Source: Robinsoniella sp. (GTDB taxonomy: Bacteria; Bacillota; Clostridia; Lachnospirales; Lachnospiraceae). Taken from it: 64,000 nt of DNA. The DNA is taken from positions 2,316 through 66,315 of the forward strand of contig JAMPFB010000004.1 of NCBI GenBank assembly GCA_023664735.1, read 5' to 3'. Within the stretch, counting starts at the first letter, position 1. Each line of letters begins with the position of its first letter. The notes beneath the pieces are model-generated. The model was not told the origin of the DNA and made no database searches. It saw nothing but the letters and a program-made list of their open reading frames with translations. The position numbers were made by a program, and so were the translations under genes. This document shows positions 8,792-19,419 of the stretch, piece by piece.

Positions 8792-10009
8792 CTATTGCCT
8801 TCCCTCAAGCAACCGCTTTACCGTCTTTTGAGGATTGAAATCTGCAATATCATCCGGTACGTTCTGCCCGCATGTTACGTATGATAATTCTACCCCCGTA
8901 TGCAGCTTTAAATTCAGTAAATTTCCAAATGTTTCTGTTTCGTCCAGTTTCGTGAAAATAATTTTATAATCAGTCATCTTTGCGTATGTATCTGCAATAT
9001 TCAGCAAATCTCTGTATTTTGTGGTTGCGCTTAATACAAGATATACTTCCTTTTCCACCTTATCATCCATGGCATCCAAAAGCTTTTTCAGGTTTTCCCT
9101 CTGGCTTTCATTTTGATGGGAATGTCCTGCCGTATCCACCAGAATATAATCATAACCGGAAAATTCTTCACATGCCGCCTTGATTTCTTCCTCTGTATAA
9201 ATAATACGGAAGGGTGCTTCTAATATATTCGCATAAGTGCGAAGTTGTTCCGCTGCTGCTATCCGATAGGTGTCTGCAGTCAGAAGGGCAACCTTATTTT
9301 CCTTCTCTACCTGAAATTGGGATGCCAGCTTTGCAATGGTAGTGGTTTTACCCACGCCGGTAGGTCCTATGAAGAACACAAGCTTTGGCTTCTTGCCCGG
9401 CGGCTCAATTCCCTTCGACTCCCCAAAGCGCAGTATCATTTTCTGATAAATGTTAGAAAGAACAAAGTCTATGGTTTGATTGGAGGACTGAACCTTTCCA
9501 AAATCATCCACAATCTGATTAGCATAGATTTCATCCACTTCATTTTCAATCATCGTATTATAAAGCAGCTTTAAGAAACGTGTCATTTCATCCACTTCCT
9601 TGCTGTCTTCTTCCTCTTCCCCATCTTCCTTTTCTTTTTTTTCCTTTTCATCTATGATTGCCGCATTCAACAGCTGCTTTTCCAATAGGCTCTGAAGGGA
9701 ATCCAGCTTTTCTTCAATGGCGGCGCTGTCTTCCTTTATAGCTCCCTCTGCCGGCGCTGCCTGTGCCGGCTTTGGTGCCTGCTTTGCCACCGCTTCCTGC
9801 ACCGGCTGCTGCTTTGGCTGGACCTTTGGCTTTTCCCCTTCTTCCTCCAAAGCAACCGTCACTTCCACCTTCTCTCTTTGAAACAGGGAGAAAAAGCCTT
9901 TCTTCTTTACATTTTTTACATTCATGATCACAATGCCCGTTCCCAATTCCTTTTTGGCATTTTCTACTGCTTCCTCTTCGGTTTTTCCTAAAAATTTCTT
10001 AATGATCAT
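8792..10009 (-). CDS. flhF: SRP-type GTPase FlhF
   Basis: 405 aa. C-terminal G domain FFIGPTGVGKTTTIAKLA, DTAG, TKLDE. The start overlaps the flhA stop. Confidence 0.9.
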   Translation of the reverse strand: MIIKKFLGKTEEEAVENAKKELGTGIVIMNVKNVKKKGFFSLFQREKVEVTVALEEEGEKPKVQPKQQPVQEAVAKQAPKPAQAAPAEGAIKEDSAAIEEKLDSLQSLLEKQLLNAAIIDEKEKKEKEDGEEEEDSKEVDEMTRFLKLLYNTMIENEVDEIYANQIVDDFGKVQSSNQTIDFVLSNIYQKMILRFGESKGIEPPGKKPKLVFFIGPTGVGKTTTIAKLASQFQVEKENKVALLTADTYRIAAAEQLRTYANILEAPFRIIYTEEEIKAACEEFSGYDYILVDTAGHSHQNESQRENLKKLLDAMDDKVEKEVYLVLSATTKYRDLLNIADTYAKMTDYKIIFTKLDETETFGNLLNLKLHTGVELSYVTCGQNVPDDIADFNPQKTVKRLLEGRQ

Positions 10010-12042
10010 TATGCTGTCACCATCCCTACAGATTGTAATTCAATGTTAGATTCTATTTCATTATAGGATACTACGATTAAATCTCTGTAATAATCTTCCG
10101 TCAACCGTTTAAAGTACATACGTACAATAGGTGATGTAATTATAATAGGCGCTTTGCCAAGACTTTCCAGCTTGCCCACTTCCGTTTCTATGGAATGCAT
10201 GATTGCCTTTGTCTTTTCCGGCTCTAAATTCAAATAAGCCCCCTGCTCTGTCTGTTTTACAGCTGCCATGATCTCCTGCTCGATTTTCGGGTCCAGAGTT
10301 ACCACGCTGGTCGTCTCGTTAGCAGGAAAGAATCTGGCGGATATTGCCCTTTTCAATCCCTGCCTTACATATTCCGTTAAAATGTCCGTGTCTCTCGTAG
10401 TTGCCGCATAGTCCGCCAGCGTTTCAAAAATGGAAAGCAAATCTCTTATGGAAATGCCCTCCTTTAGCAAGTTCTGCAATACCTTCTGGATTTCCCCAAG
10501 CCCTAAAAGCTTCGGCACCAGCTCTTCCACAAGGGAAGGATTGCTTTCCTTCAGATTCTCTACCAAATGAGAAACATCCTGTCTTGTAAGCAGCTCGGAA
10601 ATATGCTGTCTGATAATTTCCGTCAAATGGGTAGCAATGATGGAAGGCGGGTCTACTACCGTATATCCCATGCTTTCCGCTCTCTCCCTCTGATTTTCCG
10701 TAATCCAGATAGCCGGAAGATGGAAGGAAGGCTCGAAGGTAGGAATGCCTGTAATCTCCTCTTCCACATATCCCGGATTCATTGCCATATAATGGTCAAA
10801 CAAAATCTCCCCTTCGCTGACTTGAATCCCTTTTATCTTAATAATATACTGGTTTGGGTTTAATTGTATATTATCACGAAGACGGATAATAGGCACTACA
10901 GTACCAAGCTCCAAAGCAATCTGCCGCCTAATCATAACTACACGATCTAACAGGTCACCGCCCTGATTCACATCTGCAAGCGGAATGATTCCATAGCCAA
11001 ATTCCAGCTCAATAGGATCCACCTGCAATAAAGAGGTAACGTTTTCAGGCTGCCTGATTTCCTCTGCCGCCACTTCATCCGCATCCACTTCCTGCTCAAT
11101 CTTGGCTGTTTCTATGGTGCCGGCAACCATTCTTCCAGCAATAATGAATACCATTCCCAAGGTAACAAAAATAACCGGATTCAAAGGAGTCACGACACCT
11201 AAAAAAGCAATGACTCCTCCAGTCATATAAAGCACCTTTGGCACTCCAAAGAGCTGCTTTAACAAAACGCTTCCAAAATCCGCATCCTTGCTTCCTTTTG
11301 TTACAAGAATACCAGTGGATAAGGAAATAAGCAGGGAGGGAATCTGGCTTACCAAACCGTCACCAATAGTCAGAATCGTATATTTGTTCAAAGCATCTCC
11401 AATATCCATGCCCTGACGCAGCACGCCCATGGCTATGCCGCCTACAATATTGATTACGGTAATCAAAAGGCCTGCCATGGCATCGCCCTTTACATACTTT
11501 ACCGCACCATCCATGCTTCCGAAAAAGCTTGCCTCCTGCTGAATCTTATCCCTTCGTATTTTTGCTTCCTGATCGGTAATCGCGCCTGTATTTAAATCCG
11601 CATCAATTGCCATCTGCTTACCGGGCATGGCATCCAAAGTAAACCTTGCAGTTACTTCCGCTACTCTTTCCGAACCTTTATTGATAACCATAAACTGTAT
11701 CAAGATTAAAATAACAAAAACAATAACGCCGATAATCAAATCGCCGCCGCCTACGAATTGTCCAAAGGTGGTAACTACATTTCCCGGCTCGCCTTGAAAC
11801 AAAATCAGCTTTGTGGAAGATACATTCAAAGCAATCCTGAAAATGGTGGTAAACAAAAGAATCGTCGGGAAATAAGACATATCCAGCGCTTCCTTGGCAA
11901 ACATACAGCTAAACATGACTATAAAGGCTGTTGCAATATTGATTGCCAGAAGCACATCCAGAAAAATAGAAGGAATCGTTACGATAAACATTACAAATGC
12001 CGTAAGTATATATAATGCCACGCCTAAGTCCGCTTTTTTCAT
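10009..12042 (-). CDS. flhA: Flagellar export apparatus protein FlhA
   Basis: 677 aa. N-terminal polytopic domain plus cytoplasmic domain. Conserved FHIPEP-type segment (LLFTTIFRIALNVSSTKLIL). Confidence 0.95.
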   Translation of the reverse strand: MKKADLGVALYILTAFVMFIVTIPSIFLDVLLAINIATAFIVMFSCMFAKEALDMSYFPTILLFTTIFRIALNVSSTKLILFQGEPGNVVTTFGQFVGGGDLIIGVIVFVILILIQFMVINKGSERVAEVTARFTLDAMPGKQMAIDADLNTGAITDQEAKIRRDKIQQEASFFGSMDGAVKYVKGDAMAGLLITVINIVGGIAMGVLRQGMDIGDALNKYTILTIGDGLVSQIPSLLISLSTGILVTKGSKDADFGSVLLKQLFGVPKVLYMTGGVIAFLGVVTPLNPVIFVTLGMVFIIAGRMVAGTIETAKIEQEVDADEVAAEEIRQPENVTSLLQVDPIELEFGYGIIPLADVNQGGDLLDRVVMIRRQIALELGTVVPIIRLRDNIQLNPNQYIIKIKGIQVSEGEILFDHYMAMNPGYVEEEITGIPTFEPSFHLPAIWITENQRERAESMGYTVVDPPSIIATHLTEIIRQHISELLTRQDVSHLVENLKESNPSLVEELVPKLLGLGEIQKVLQNLLKEGISIRDLLSIFETLADYAATTRDTDILTEYVRQGLKRAISARFFPANETTSVVTLDPKIEQEIMAAVKQTEQGAYLNLEPEKTKAIMHSIETEVGKLESLGKAPIIITSPIVRMYFKRLTEDYYRDLIVVSYNEIESNIELQSVGMVTA

Positions 12043-12095
12043 TTAACCAACTCCTCCTTTCCCAAAATCACTATTCTTTCTATCCTCAAAAAACT

Positions 12096-13205
12096 TTATA
12101 TCCTGCCCTGCGCATGATAAACCATGGCAAGCACCTCTGCCACCGCCTGATACAGCTCTGGCGGAATCTGCTGTCCAATTTCCACATTATGGTAAAGCAT
12201 CCTTGCCAAAGGCTTATTTTCTATAATTTCTATTTTATGCTCTTTTGCAGCTTCCTTAATCTTCTGTGCCATATAATCCTGCCCCTTTGCAAGCACGATT
12301 GGCGCTTCAGCCACTTCCTTGTCATACTGTATGGCAACCGCTAAATGGGTAGGGTTCGTAATGACTACGTCTGCCTTTGGCAGATCCTGCATCATGCGCC
12401 TTTGGGAAGCTTCCCGCATCTTCTGCCTGATTTTTCCCTTTATCTGCGGATCCCCTTCAGACTGCTTGAACTCTTCCTTGATTTCCTGTTTGGTCATCAT
12501 CTGATCCTTGCGGAATTTCCGCTTCTGATATATAAAATCAATTGCAGCAATAATCATGTATACAAAGGAGCATTTCAGTCCCAGATCAATTGCCATGGTG
12601 CCAGCTAACAGCACTCCCTGCCAAAGCTGCATTTGAAACAACAGATAAATCACATTGTATTGATCCTTAATCGTAGTATAGACTACATAAGAAATAAGCA
12701 CAATCTTCAAAAGCGCCTTTATAAGCTCCATAAGGGAGTTTAATGAAATAATCTTTTTCATGCCGCTGACTGGATTCATCTTGTTGAGCTTGGGCTGCAG
12801 CGGCTTCGTGGTAAACTTCCACTTTACCTGTGCATAATCACCTAGAAAGGCAACAAGGAAACCTATTAGAAAAAAGGGCGCCAGCAAGATTAAAATGCTG
12901 AGCATGCTGTTTCTTAACAAAACAGTCAAATCTCCTGCCGGAACCGTTCCATTCCACATTATAAAGACTTCCGGAATCTTACCATAAATTCCGTTGAACA
13001 ATTCCAGAAACGCATTGCCTATAAAGCCCACAAACACTTTTAGTATAAGAAACAATGCGATCAGGCTTAATGCATTGGTTACCTCCCTGCTCTTTGCAAC
13101 CTGCCCTTCCTTTCTGGCATCTTCAAGCCTTTTGGCGGTAGGCTCTTCCGTCTTTTCGCCACCAGGCCCGTCCTTTGCAAAAAACTGAAGTCTAAGTTCC
13201 ATCAT
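12096..13205 (-). CDS. flhB: Flagellar export switch protein FlhB
   Basis: 369 aa. EKTEEPTAKRLEDARKEGQVAKS N-terminus and NPTH autocleavage motif (VVITNPTHLAVAI). Confidence 0.95.
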   Translation of the reverse strand: MMELRLQFFAKDGPGGEKTEEPTAKRLEDARKEGQVAKSREVTNALSLIALFLILKVFVGFIGNAFLELFNGIYGKIPEVFIMWNGTVPAGDLTVLLRNSMLSILILLAPFFLIGFLVAFLGDYAQVKWKFTTKPLQPKLNKMNPVSGMKKIISLNSLMELIKALLKIVLISYVVYTTIKDQYNVIYLLFQMQLWQGVLLAGTMAIDLGLKCSFVYMIIAAIDFIYQKRKFRKDQMMTKQEIKEEFKQSEGDPQIKGKIRQKMREASQRRMMQDLPKADVVITNPTHLAVAIQYDKEVAEAPIVLAKGQDYMAQKIKEAAKEHKIEIIENKPLARMLYHNVEIGQQIPPELYQAVAEVLAMVYHAQGRI

Positions 13206-13988
13206 TTACATCATTGCCTCCACAAAAGATACCATCATGGTCTTCATTTCCGTAAAAATGAAATCAGAAACATATGGCAGCATGCCAACTGTCAGGAACA
13301 TGACTCCTAACCCTACTAACAACTTTATCTGTATGCCCACTGCAAACATATTCATCTGTGGCGAAACCTTGGCTAAAATGCCAAGAACCACATTTAAAAT
13401 CAGGATTACACAAAATACAGGAAGGCAGATACGAAAACCAATGCTTATATAATCTGATAAAAAGGCAAGCATGGAGCCAAGCAGCCTGTCTCTGTCAAAC
13501 ACTGCCCCGTTTATGGGAATCAGCGTATAGGTCTCTACCAATGCCCGCAGAATATATCTATGCATGCCACTGACTAAAAGCAGCAACATGACTACATACT
13601 GGTAAAATACACCGGTAATACTGGCATTTTCCCTTGTAGTAGGGTCTAACTGGTTCGCCATGGCAAGTCCAATGTCCATATCTATGATTCTTCCTGCAAA
13701 TACAATAATCGTGTTACAGATATTTGCGCCATAGCCTACTAACAGTCCGGTAAGCCCTTCCTTTATGACAATTGCTGCATATTCTAACAACGTGTCGTAC
13801 ACGATAGGCTCATGAGGCGCCAATGCTTGATAAATCAGATAGGACACAAAAACAGAAAGCCCCACCCGTACCTGTCTGGGCGTATTCGTCATACTAAAGA
13901 AAGGAGCTATAAAAATAAAGCAGCTCACTCTGGCAAACACAAGCAGGAAATATTGCAGTTCAACTATAGAAAAAGAATATTCTATCAT
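13206..13988 (-). CDS. fliR: Flagellar export protein FliR
   Basis: 260 aa polytopic protein lying between fliQ and flhB. Confidence 0.88.
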   Translation of the reverse strand: MIEYSFSIVELQYFLLVFARVSCFIFIAPFFSMTNTPRQVRVGLSVFVSYLIYQALAPHEPIVYDTLLEYAAIVIKEGLTGLLVGYGANICNTIIVFAGRIIDMDIGLAMANQLDPTTRENASITGVFYQYVVMLLLLVSGMHRYILRALVETYTLIPINGAVFDRDRLLGSMLAFLSDYISIGFRICLPVFCVILILNVVLGILAKVSPQMNMFAVGIQIKLLVGLGVMFLTVGMLPYVSDFIFTEMKTMMVSFVEAMM

Positions 13989-13996
13989 AGGAACAC

Positions 13997-14263
13997 CTAA
14001 ATATATCTGGAAAAGTCAGACCACAGCTCCGCCATAAATCCCGCCATCTCATTTAACATCCAGTGCCCTAACAGCATAAGCGCTAAAAATACAGCCAGAA
14101 TCTTAGGCACAAAGGTCAGCGTCTGTTCCTGAATGGAGGTTGCTGTCTGGAAAATACTAATGATCAGACCTACAATCAGGGATATTAAAAGCACCGGTGC
14201 GGAAACCTTTATGATAGTCCACAGAGCACGGTTGGCAATTTCAACTACATCATTTATTGACAT
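13997..14263 (-). CDS. fliQ: Flagellar export protein FliQ
   Basis: 88 aa, two TM segments, conserved position. Confidence 0.88.
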   Translation of the reverse strand: MSINDVVEIANRALWTIIKVSAPVLLISLIVGLIISIFQTATSIQEQTLTFVPKILAVFLALMLLGHWMLNEMAGFMAELWSDFSRYI

Positions 14264-14276
14264 ATCTTCACCTCAG

Positions 14277-15122
14277 CTAATAAAAAGTCTTCACCAGATT
14301 TACGATTACCAGATTCCATCCATCCGCCAACACAAAAAGAAGTATCTTAAAGGGCATGGATATAGTCGTTGGCGGGAGCATCATCATACCCATGCTCATA
14401 AGGGCTGAGGCTACCACCATATCTATTACAATAAAAGGTATATATATGACAAATCCAATAATAAATGCCGTCCTGAGCTCGCTGACGATAAAGCTTGGTA
14501 TCAATACGGAATTATCAATATCCGCCAGCTCTCCCGTCCATTCCTTTCCGGCAATATCCGTAAACATCATGGCATCTTTTTTCTGGGTCTGTTTAAACAT
14601 AAATTCCCGCAAAGGCTCCATGCCAATCTCCAATGCCTCTTCCTGTGTAATCTCTCCTGCCTCAAAGGGCTTGATTGCCGTTTCATTGATCTGGGTAATA
14701 ATCGGACTCATAATAAAATAAGTCAAAAACAATGCAATACCAATCAATACCTGATTAGGAGGCGCTGTCTGCGTATTCAGCGCTGTCCTGGTAAAATGAA
14801 GGACAATCAATATACGGGTAAAGGAAGTTAACAAAATAATGAGAATTGGTGCTAATGCAATGCCGGTTAAAATCAGTAAAATCCGAAGTGAGCCTGCTAT
14901 AGTGCCATTCCCATCATTATAAGTAACGGTTAAGTTGTTCCCAATATTTAATTCTTTCAGTTCTTCTGCTGACTGGGCGCTTCCCGGCTCGCGCATGTAC
15001 GTCCTGCTTTCACTGTCACCTGTAGCAGCCCCGCCTACCATGGAAGCGTGAACCGTCACAGGTGATATAAAGACAAATATTACAATCAGGAAAGCCAAAA
15101 GGACTCTTTTTGTTTTATTCAT
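14277..15122 (-). CDS. fliP: Flagellar export protein FliP
   Basis: 281 aa. Signal peptide, then conserved FTRILIVL and GFVIYIPFIVIDMVVAS segments. Confidence 0.9.
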   Translation of the reverse strand: MNKTKRVLLAFLIVIFVFISPVTVHASMVGGAATGDSESRTYMREPGSAQSAEELKELNIGNNLTVTYNDGNGTIAGSLRILLILTGIALAPILIILLTSFTRILIVLHFTRTALNTQTAPPNQVLIGIALFLTYFIMSPIITQINETAIKPFEAGEITQEEALEIGMEPLREFMFKQTQKKDAMMFTDIAGKEWTGELADIDNSVLIPSFIVSELRTAFIIGFVIYIPFIVIDMVVASALMSMGMMMLPPTTISMPFKILLFVLADGWNLVIVNLVKTFY

Positions 15123-15483
15123 CTTTATCCGTCCTTTTTATTGCTTTTTCCATAAGCTCCTTAAAAGAAACAAATTCTTTCTTTTCCGGCAGCTTTACTT
15201 CATCCTCACGAAGCTCTGTCAAAAGGGTAACCGTATCTTTACATATGGCAAGCGCCAGATACTTTTCCCCTACCTTTACAATCTGAATATACTTTCCCTG
15301 GGCAATCCGGAAAGCTTCTATCAGCTCCATATTTCCGGAAGCCACATTTCCCTGCTGAAGCCTGGCAATATATCTGGTAGTAAACCAGGTAATTCCACAA
15401 ACAAACAGAAAAACAAATAAAACTGTGAAAAACTGCACTATGGAATTTAGCCCACTGGAAACTGCCAGTATCATGCTATCCAA
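15115..15483 (-). CDS. fliO: FliO/FliZ-type flagellar biosynthesis protein
   Basis: 122 aa, single TM. Lies between cheY and fliP, overlapping both by 8 nt. Confidence 0.7.
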   Translation of the reverse strand: MDSMILAVSSGLNSIVQFFTVLFVFLFVCGITWFTTRYIARLQQGNVASGNMELIEAFRIAQGKYIQIVKVGEKYLALAICKDTVTLLTELREDEVKLPEKKEFVSFKELMEKAIKRTDKDE

Positions 15484-15838
15484 CTACTTTCTTTACAGCT
15501 TCTAATACACGGTCTGCCTGGAAAGGCTTTACAATAAAATCCTTTGCGCCTGCCTGAATGGATTCAATAACCATAGCCTGCTGTCCCATTGCGGAACACA
15601 TGATGACCATAGCGCCTCCGTCAGACTGTTTGATTTTCTTAAGCGCCTGAATCCCGTCCATCTCCGGCATGGTAATATCCATAAGCACCAGATCCGGTTT
15701 CAGTTCATTGTACTTTTCCACTGCCTTTGCGCCATTTTCAGCTTCACCTGCAACATTATAGCCATTTTTGGTTAAAATGTCCTTAATCATCATTCTCATA
15801 AATGCTGCATCATCCACGATTAAAATATTCTTTGCCAT
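15476..15838 (-). CDS. cheY: Chemotaxis response regulator CheY
   Basis: 120 aa stand-alone receiver domain (ILIVDDAAFMR, DITMPEMDG, KPF). Confidence 0.9.
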   Translation of the reverse strand: MAKNILIVDDAAFMRMMIKDILTKNGYNVAGEAENGAKAVEKYNELKPDLVLMDITMPEMDGIQALKKIKQSDGGAMVIMCSAMGQQAMVIESIQAGAKDFIVKPFQADRVLEAVKKVVG

Positions 15839-15863
15839 ATCCTTTGACTCCTCTGTTTCCGTT

Positions 15864-17048
15864 TTATTTTATGATTTCTGTTACTCTGATACCGAAGCTT
15901 TCTTCAATTACTACTACTTCACCTTTTGCCACAAACTTGCCATTTACCAAAACATCAATGGGTTCTCCGGCAATTTTGTCAAGCTCTATAATCGTACCCG
16001 GTGCAAAATCCAGAATATCCGCTATGGATTTTCTCGTCCTGCCCAGCTCTACTGTGACTTCCAGGGGAACATCCATAATCAGCCCAATATTTTCCTGACT
16101 TGCCATGGCGCCCATATCATTACTGAAGGACTGGAACTGCACTGGCTGAATATTCATCTGGGGCATCATCTGAGGCATTCCCATTCCCTGCATTGGCTGC
16201 TGCATCTGGGGCATTCCCATTTGCTGCATCGGCTGCTGCATCATCGGCTGCTGCATTTGAGGCATTCCCATTTGCTGCTGCGTGGGCATCTCAGGCGCCG
16301 GTGCCGGCGCTGGTGCTGGTGCTGGTTCCGGAGCGCTTTGTCCGCTTGCATTCTGATTACCGATAAAGGTTTCATACAGGCTTTTTGCAAACTCTGTAGG
16401 ATAAAGCTGTATGATAGTGCTATCCACCAGCTCATCAATCTGCAAACGGAAGGAAACCCTTACAAAATCCCCTTCCAAAAAGGGAGCAATCTCACCGCCC
16501 TCCTTAAACTCCATTAAATCCACCAGACTTGCCTCCGGCGGGCTGATATCAATCATCTTTCCCAACATGGAAGAAAGGGATGTAGCGGAAGAACCCATCA
16601 TCTGATTCATAGCCTCGGAAATGGCGCTTAAATGAAGCTCTCCTAATTCACCATCCGTATTGGTTCCATCACCGCCCATCATAAGGTCTGTAATGACCTT
16701 AACATCATGCTCCTTTAATACTAAAATATTGGCTCCATCCAACCCTATCGTATATTTAATTTGAATAAAAACACATGGCTTTTCGTATTCCTCGATTACA
16801 TGCTTCCATCTACACATCTCAACAACAGGAGTTGTAATATTTACTTTTCTGTTTACCAAGGAAAAAAGTGTTGTAGCCGATGTTCCCATGCTGATGTTAG
16901 CAATTTCGCCAATGGCATCTTTTTCATCATCCGTTAAAGTCTCCGTTACTGCATCCGCAACTTCATCTGCGCCATCACTTTGGTCATCACTTGGAGAAAT
17001 GCCATTTAAAAGCGCATTAATCTCATCCTGGGACAACATACCTTCCAT
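15864..17048 (-). CDS. fliY: Flagellar C-ring protein FliY (CheC-like domain plus FliN domain)
   Basis: 394 aa. N-terminal LSQDEINALL motif, CheC-like repeats (IGEIANISMGTSATTL, AISEAMNQMMGSSATSL), a Q/M/P-rich linker, and a C-terminal FliN/SpoA domain (VELGRTRKSIADILDF...VVIEESFGIRVTEI). Confidence 0.9.
   Translation of the reverse strand: MEGMLSQDEINALLNGISPSDDQSDGADEVADAVTETLTDDEKDAIGEIANISMGTSATTLFSLVNRKVNITTPVVEMCRWKHVIEEYEKPCVFIQIKYTIGLDGANILVLKEHDVKVITDLMMGGDGTNTDGELGELHLSAISEAMNQMMGSSATSLSSMLGKMIDISPPEASLVDLMEFKEGGEIAPFLEGDFVRVSFRLQIDELVDSTIIQLYPTEFAKSLYETFIGNQNASGQSAPEPAPAPAPAPAPEMPTQQQMGMPQMQQPMMQQPMQQMGMPQMQQPMQGMGMPQMMPQMNIQPVQFQSFSNDMGAMASQENIGLIMDVPLEVTVELGRTRKSIADILDFAPGTIIELDKIAGEPIDVLVNGKFVAKGEVVVIEESFGIRVTEIIK
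16155..16330 (-). repeat. Imperfect in-frame DNA repeats encoding the Q/M/P-rich and (PA)n linker of FliY
   Basis: Reiterated CTGCATCTGRGGCATTCCCATTTGCTG-like units plus GGTGCCGGCGCTGGTGCTGGTGCTGG. They encode MGMPQMQQP repeats and PAPAPAPAPAP. Confidence 0.7.
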
Positions 17049-17052
17049 TTGC

Positions 17053-18033
17053 TTATTCCTCCTCTCTTATTACTGATGCAACCTTTACCGCATAAACATC
17101 TTTATTGGAGCCGGGCAAGGCTGTAAATTTCTTTATATTTCCAACGTATACATCTAATTCGCTGTCAATCCTTGTATCCAACCGGATAATGTCCCCTAGC
17201 TGCAGGTTCACGAAATCCATGACAGAAACTGCACTCTTTCCAAGAACCGCCTTAACAGGCACATCCACCTTCTTTATCAGCGTAGCAATATGTTCCCCAT
17301 AGCTTTCATCTTCCATTTCCTGCATAGTAGAGAACCAGTACTTGGTATTCAGCTTATCCATAATATCTTCCACCGTAAAATACGGAATACAGACATTCAT
17401 AAATCCTTCGATATCGCCAATCTTAACATTTAAGGTAACAATGGCTATCATGTCGCTCGGGGCAATTACCTGCGCAAACTGAGGATTGGTTTCAATCCGC
17501 TCCATGAAAGGCTCCACCTTCACTACATTCTTCCATGGCTCCCTTAAAAGCTCCATGCATGCTACCATGACCTTATCCAGAATGGATAATTCTATTTCCG
17601 AAAATTCCCTGCTCTTTTCCAAAGGGATTCCGGCGCCGCCAAGCATTCTGTCTAATATGGCAAATCCCAAATTCGATGCCAGTTCAATAATAATGCTTCC
17701 TGGCAGCGGGGCGAAATTCACGATTCCCAAAATAACCGGAGTTCCAAGGGAATTGGTAAATTCTGAAAAAATCATGGCTTCCGAGCTGGCTACGCTGACT
17801 TGTACATTTTTTCTAAGATAAACCGGTAGGTTAGTGGATAATAACCGTCCATAATGCTCAAAAATAATTTCCAATGTCCTAAGATGCTCTTTTGAAAACT
17901 TGGCAGGACGCTTAAAATCATAATTCTTTACCTGTCTATCGTTATTTTCCTTCATTTCCTCTACATCTAATTCACCGGTACTGAGTGCCTGAAGCAAGCT
18001 ATCTATCTCACTTTGAGATAATACTTCTCCCAC
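17053..18033 (-). CDS. fliM: Flagellar motor switch protein FliM
   Basis: 326 aa. LSQSEIDSLL CheY-P binding motif. GTG start preceded by GGGAGGTGA. Confidence 0.9.
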   Translation of the reverse strand: MGEVLSQSEIDSLLQALSTGELDVEEMKENNDRQVKNYDFKRPAKFSKEHLRTLEIIFEHYGRLLSTNLPVYLRKNVQVSVASSEAMIFSEFTNSLGTPVILGIVNFAPLPGSIIIELASNLGFAILDRMLGGAGIPLEKSREFSEIELSILDKVMVACMELLREPWKNVVKVEPFMERIETNPQFAQVIAPSDMIAIVTLNVKIGDIEGFMNVCIPYFTVEDIMDKLNTKYWFSTMQEMEDESYGEHIATLIKKVDVPVKAVLGKSAVSVMDFVNLQLGDIIRLDTRIDSELDVYVGNIKKFTALPGSNKDVYAVKVASVIREEE

Positions 18034-18072
18034 TTGAACTCACCTCCCATATTTTCTAATTTGCAATATGAC

Positions 18073-18597
18073 CTACTGGTAAACGATAGAACTAAAGGTA
18101 ACTTTATAAACAAATTCCGATTCAAACATGGTTTGAATCCTCTTGAGAATTTCATCCCTGATGGCATCCTCATTTCCTCTTGCCTCTTCTAAAGTATATG
18201 CGGAAAATACATCATTGATTTCCGCTTTTATCAGGCTTACATTTTCATCCATTTTCTCCCCATAGGTCTTATAGCCCTTATCCTTGGAATTCATGGCAAG
18301 GCTCACGGACACCTGTACCGCATGATCCTTTTCATCTTCTCCCGGCTTTAACATAATCGTCAGGTCATCCTCGATGGCATAAGGCACCGTATCCTTCATG
18401 GAAACCTCCGGCTGCGCATTTTCCCCATTTTCCCCATTTCCGCTTGTCAGCTCCAAATGCAGGATTGAGGCAATGTCATTTACCACTGCCGCTGTTTTTT
18501 TGTTGGTACTTGTCACGCTGAACATGGTAATGGCCGTCAATACCACATTTACTACCAAAAGCGCCAAAATCAGTATGGATATCAGATTCTTTTTCAT
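18073..18597 (-). CDS. fliL: Flagellar basal-body-associated protein FliL
   Basis: 174 aa, single N-terminal TM. Lies between motB and fliM. Confidence 0.75.
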   Translation of the reverse strand: MKKNLISILILALLVVNVVLTAITMFSVTSTNKKTAAVVNDIASILHLELTSGNGENGENAQPEVSMKDTVPYAIEDDLTIMLKPGEDEKDHAVQVSVSLAMNSKDKGYKTYGEKMDENVSLIKAEINDVFSAYTLEEARGNEDAIRDEILKRIQTMFESEFVYKVTFSSIVYQ

Positions 18598-18618
18598 ATT
18601 CCTTCTCCTCTTGCAAAA

Positions 18619-19419
18619 TTAGTAAGTGCTCAATGCATGATATATTTTAATTTCAACTCTTCGGTTCCTCGCTCTTCCTTCCGGAACAGCATTGTCAGCT
18701 ACAGGAACATATTCCCCTCTGCCGGAATGCTTTAAAAGTGCCGGATCCAGATTGGTGTTCTCCACGAAATAATTGAAAACAGTCAAAGCACGGAAGCTGG
18801 ACAATTCATTATTGTCGCCAAACCGGCTGTTATGAATAGGCACATTATCCGTATGCCCTTCGATTTCAATAATGCTTTCCCCGTATCTGACCAAAATCTG
18901 TCCCACTTTATCCAAAACAGGTAGCGCTTCCTCCTTTAACTGATCGCTTCCGGAGTCAAACAGCAGTGCACCGTTTAAAGTCAGGGACACATACTGGGAA
19001 GTAAAATTGATGTCTATCTCATTGGCCATGTCCGACTCATTTACTGCTTCTTCTATTTTTTCCGCTAGTTCTTCCGCTTCCTGCTGCTGCTTTGCTTCAA
19101 ACTCCTCTAAAGCTTCTTTATTTTCATCTTCCACGTCAGCTGCTTTTCCGGTGCTGTTTATGTATTCATCCAGCTCGTTCAGCTGACTGACACCATTACT
19201 TATAAGCACTCCATCGCCAATGGCGCTGGCGCCCCCTGAAAAAAGACTAAAAGTCTGATTAAAGGACTGTGCAACTGCTTCCAGCTTATCCTGCTCAATA
19301 GTTGACATGGAAAAAAGCAATATGAAAAAGCAAAGCAAAAGGTTCATCAAATCACTGAAGGTAGCCATCCATGCCGGCGAACCCGGCGCTGGAGCTTCCT
19401 CCTGCTTTTTTCTAGCCAT
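18619..19419 (-). CDS. motB: Flagellar stator protein MotB
   Basis: TM segment with the conserved Asp (ATFSDLMNLLLCFF) and a C-terminal OmpA-like domain (GHTDNVP...NRRVEI). ATG 19419 is preferred (GGAGGTG 7 nt upstream); ATG 19443 is an alternative. Confidence 0.85.
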   Translation of the reverse strand: MARKKQEEAPAPGSPAWMATFSDLMNLLLCFFILLFSMSTIEQDKLEAVAQSFNQTFSLFSGGASAIGDGVLISNGVSQLNELDEYINSTGKAADVEDENKEALEEFEAKQQQEAEELAEKIEEAVNESDMANEIDINFTSQYVSLTLNGALLFDSGSDQLKEEALPVLDKVGQILVRYGESIIEIEGHTDNVPIHNSRFGDNNELSSFRALTVFNYFVENTNLDPALLKHSGRGEYVPVADNAVPEGRARNRRVEIKIYHALSTY

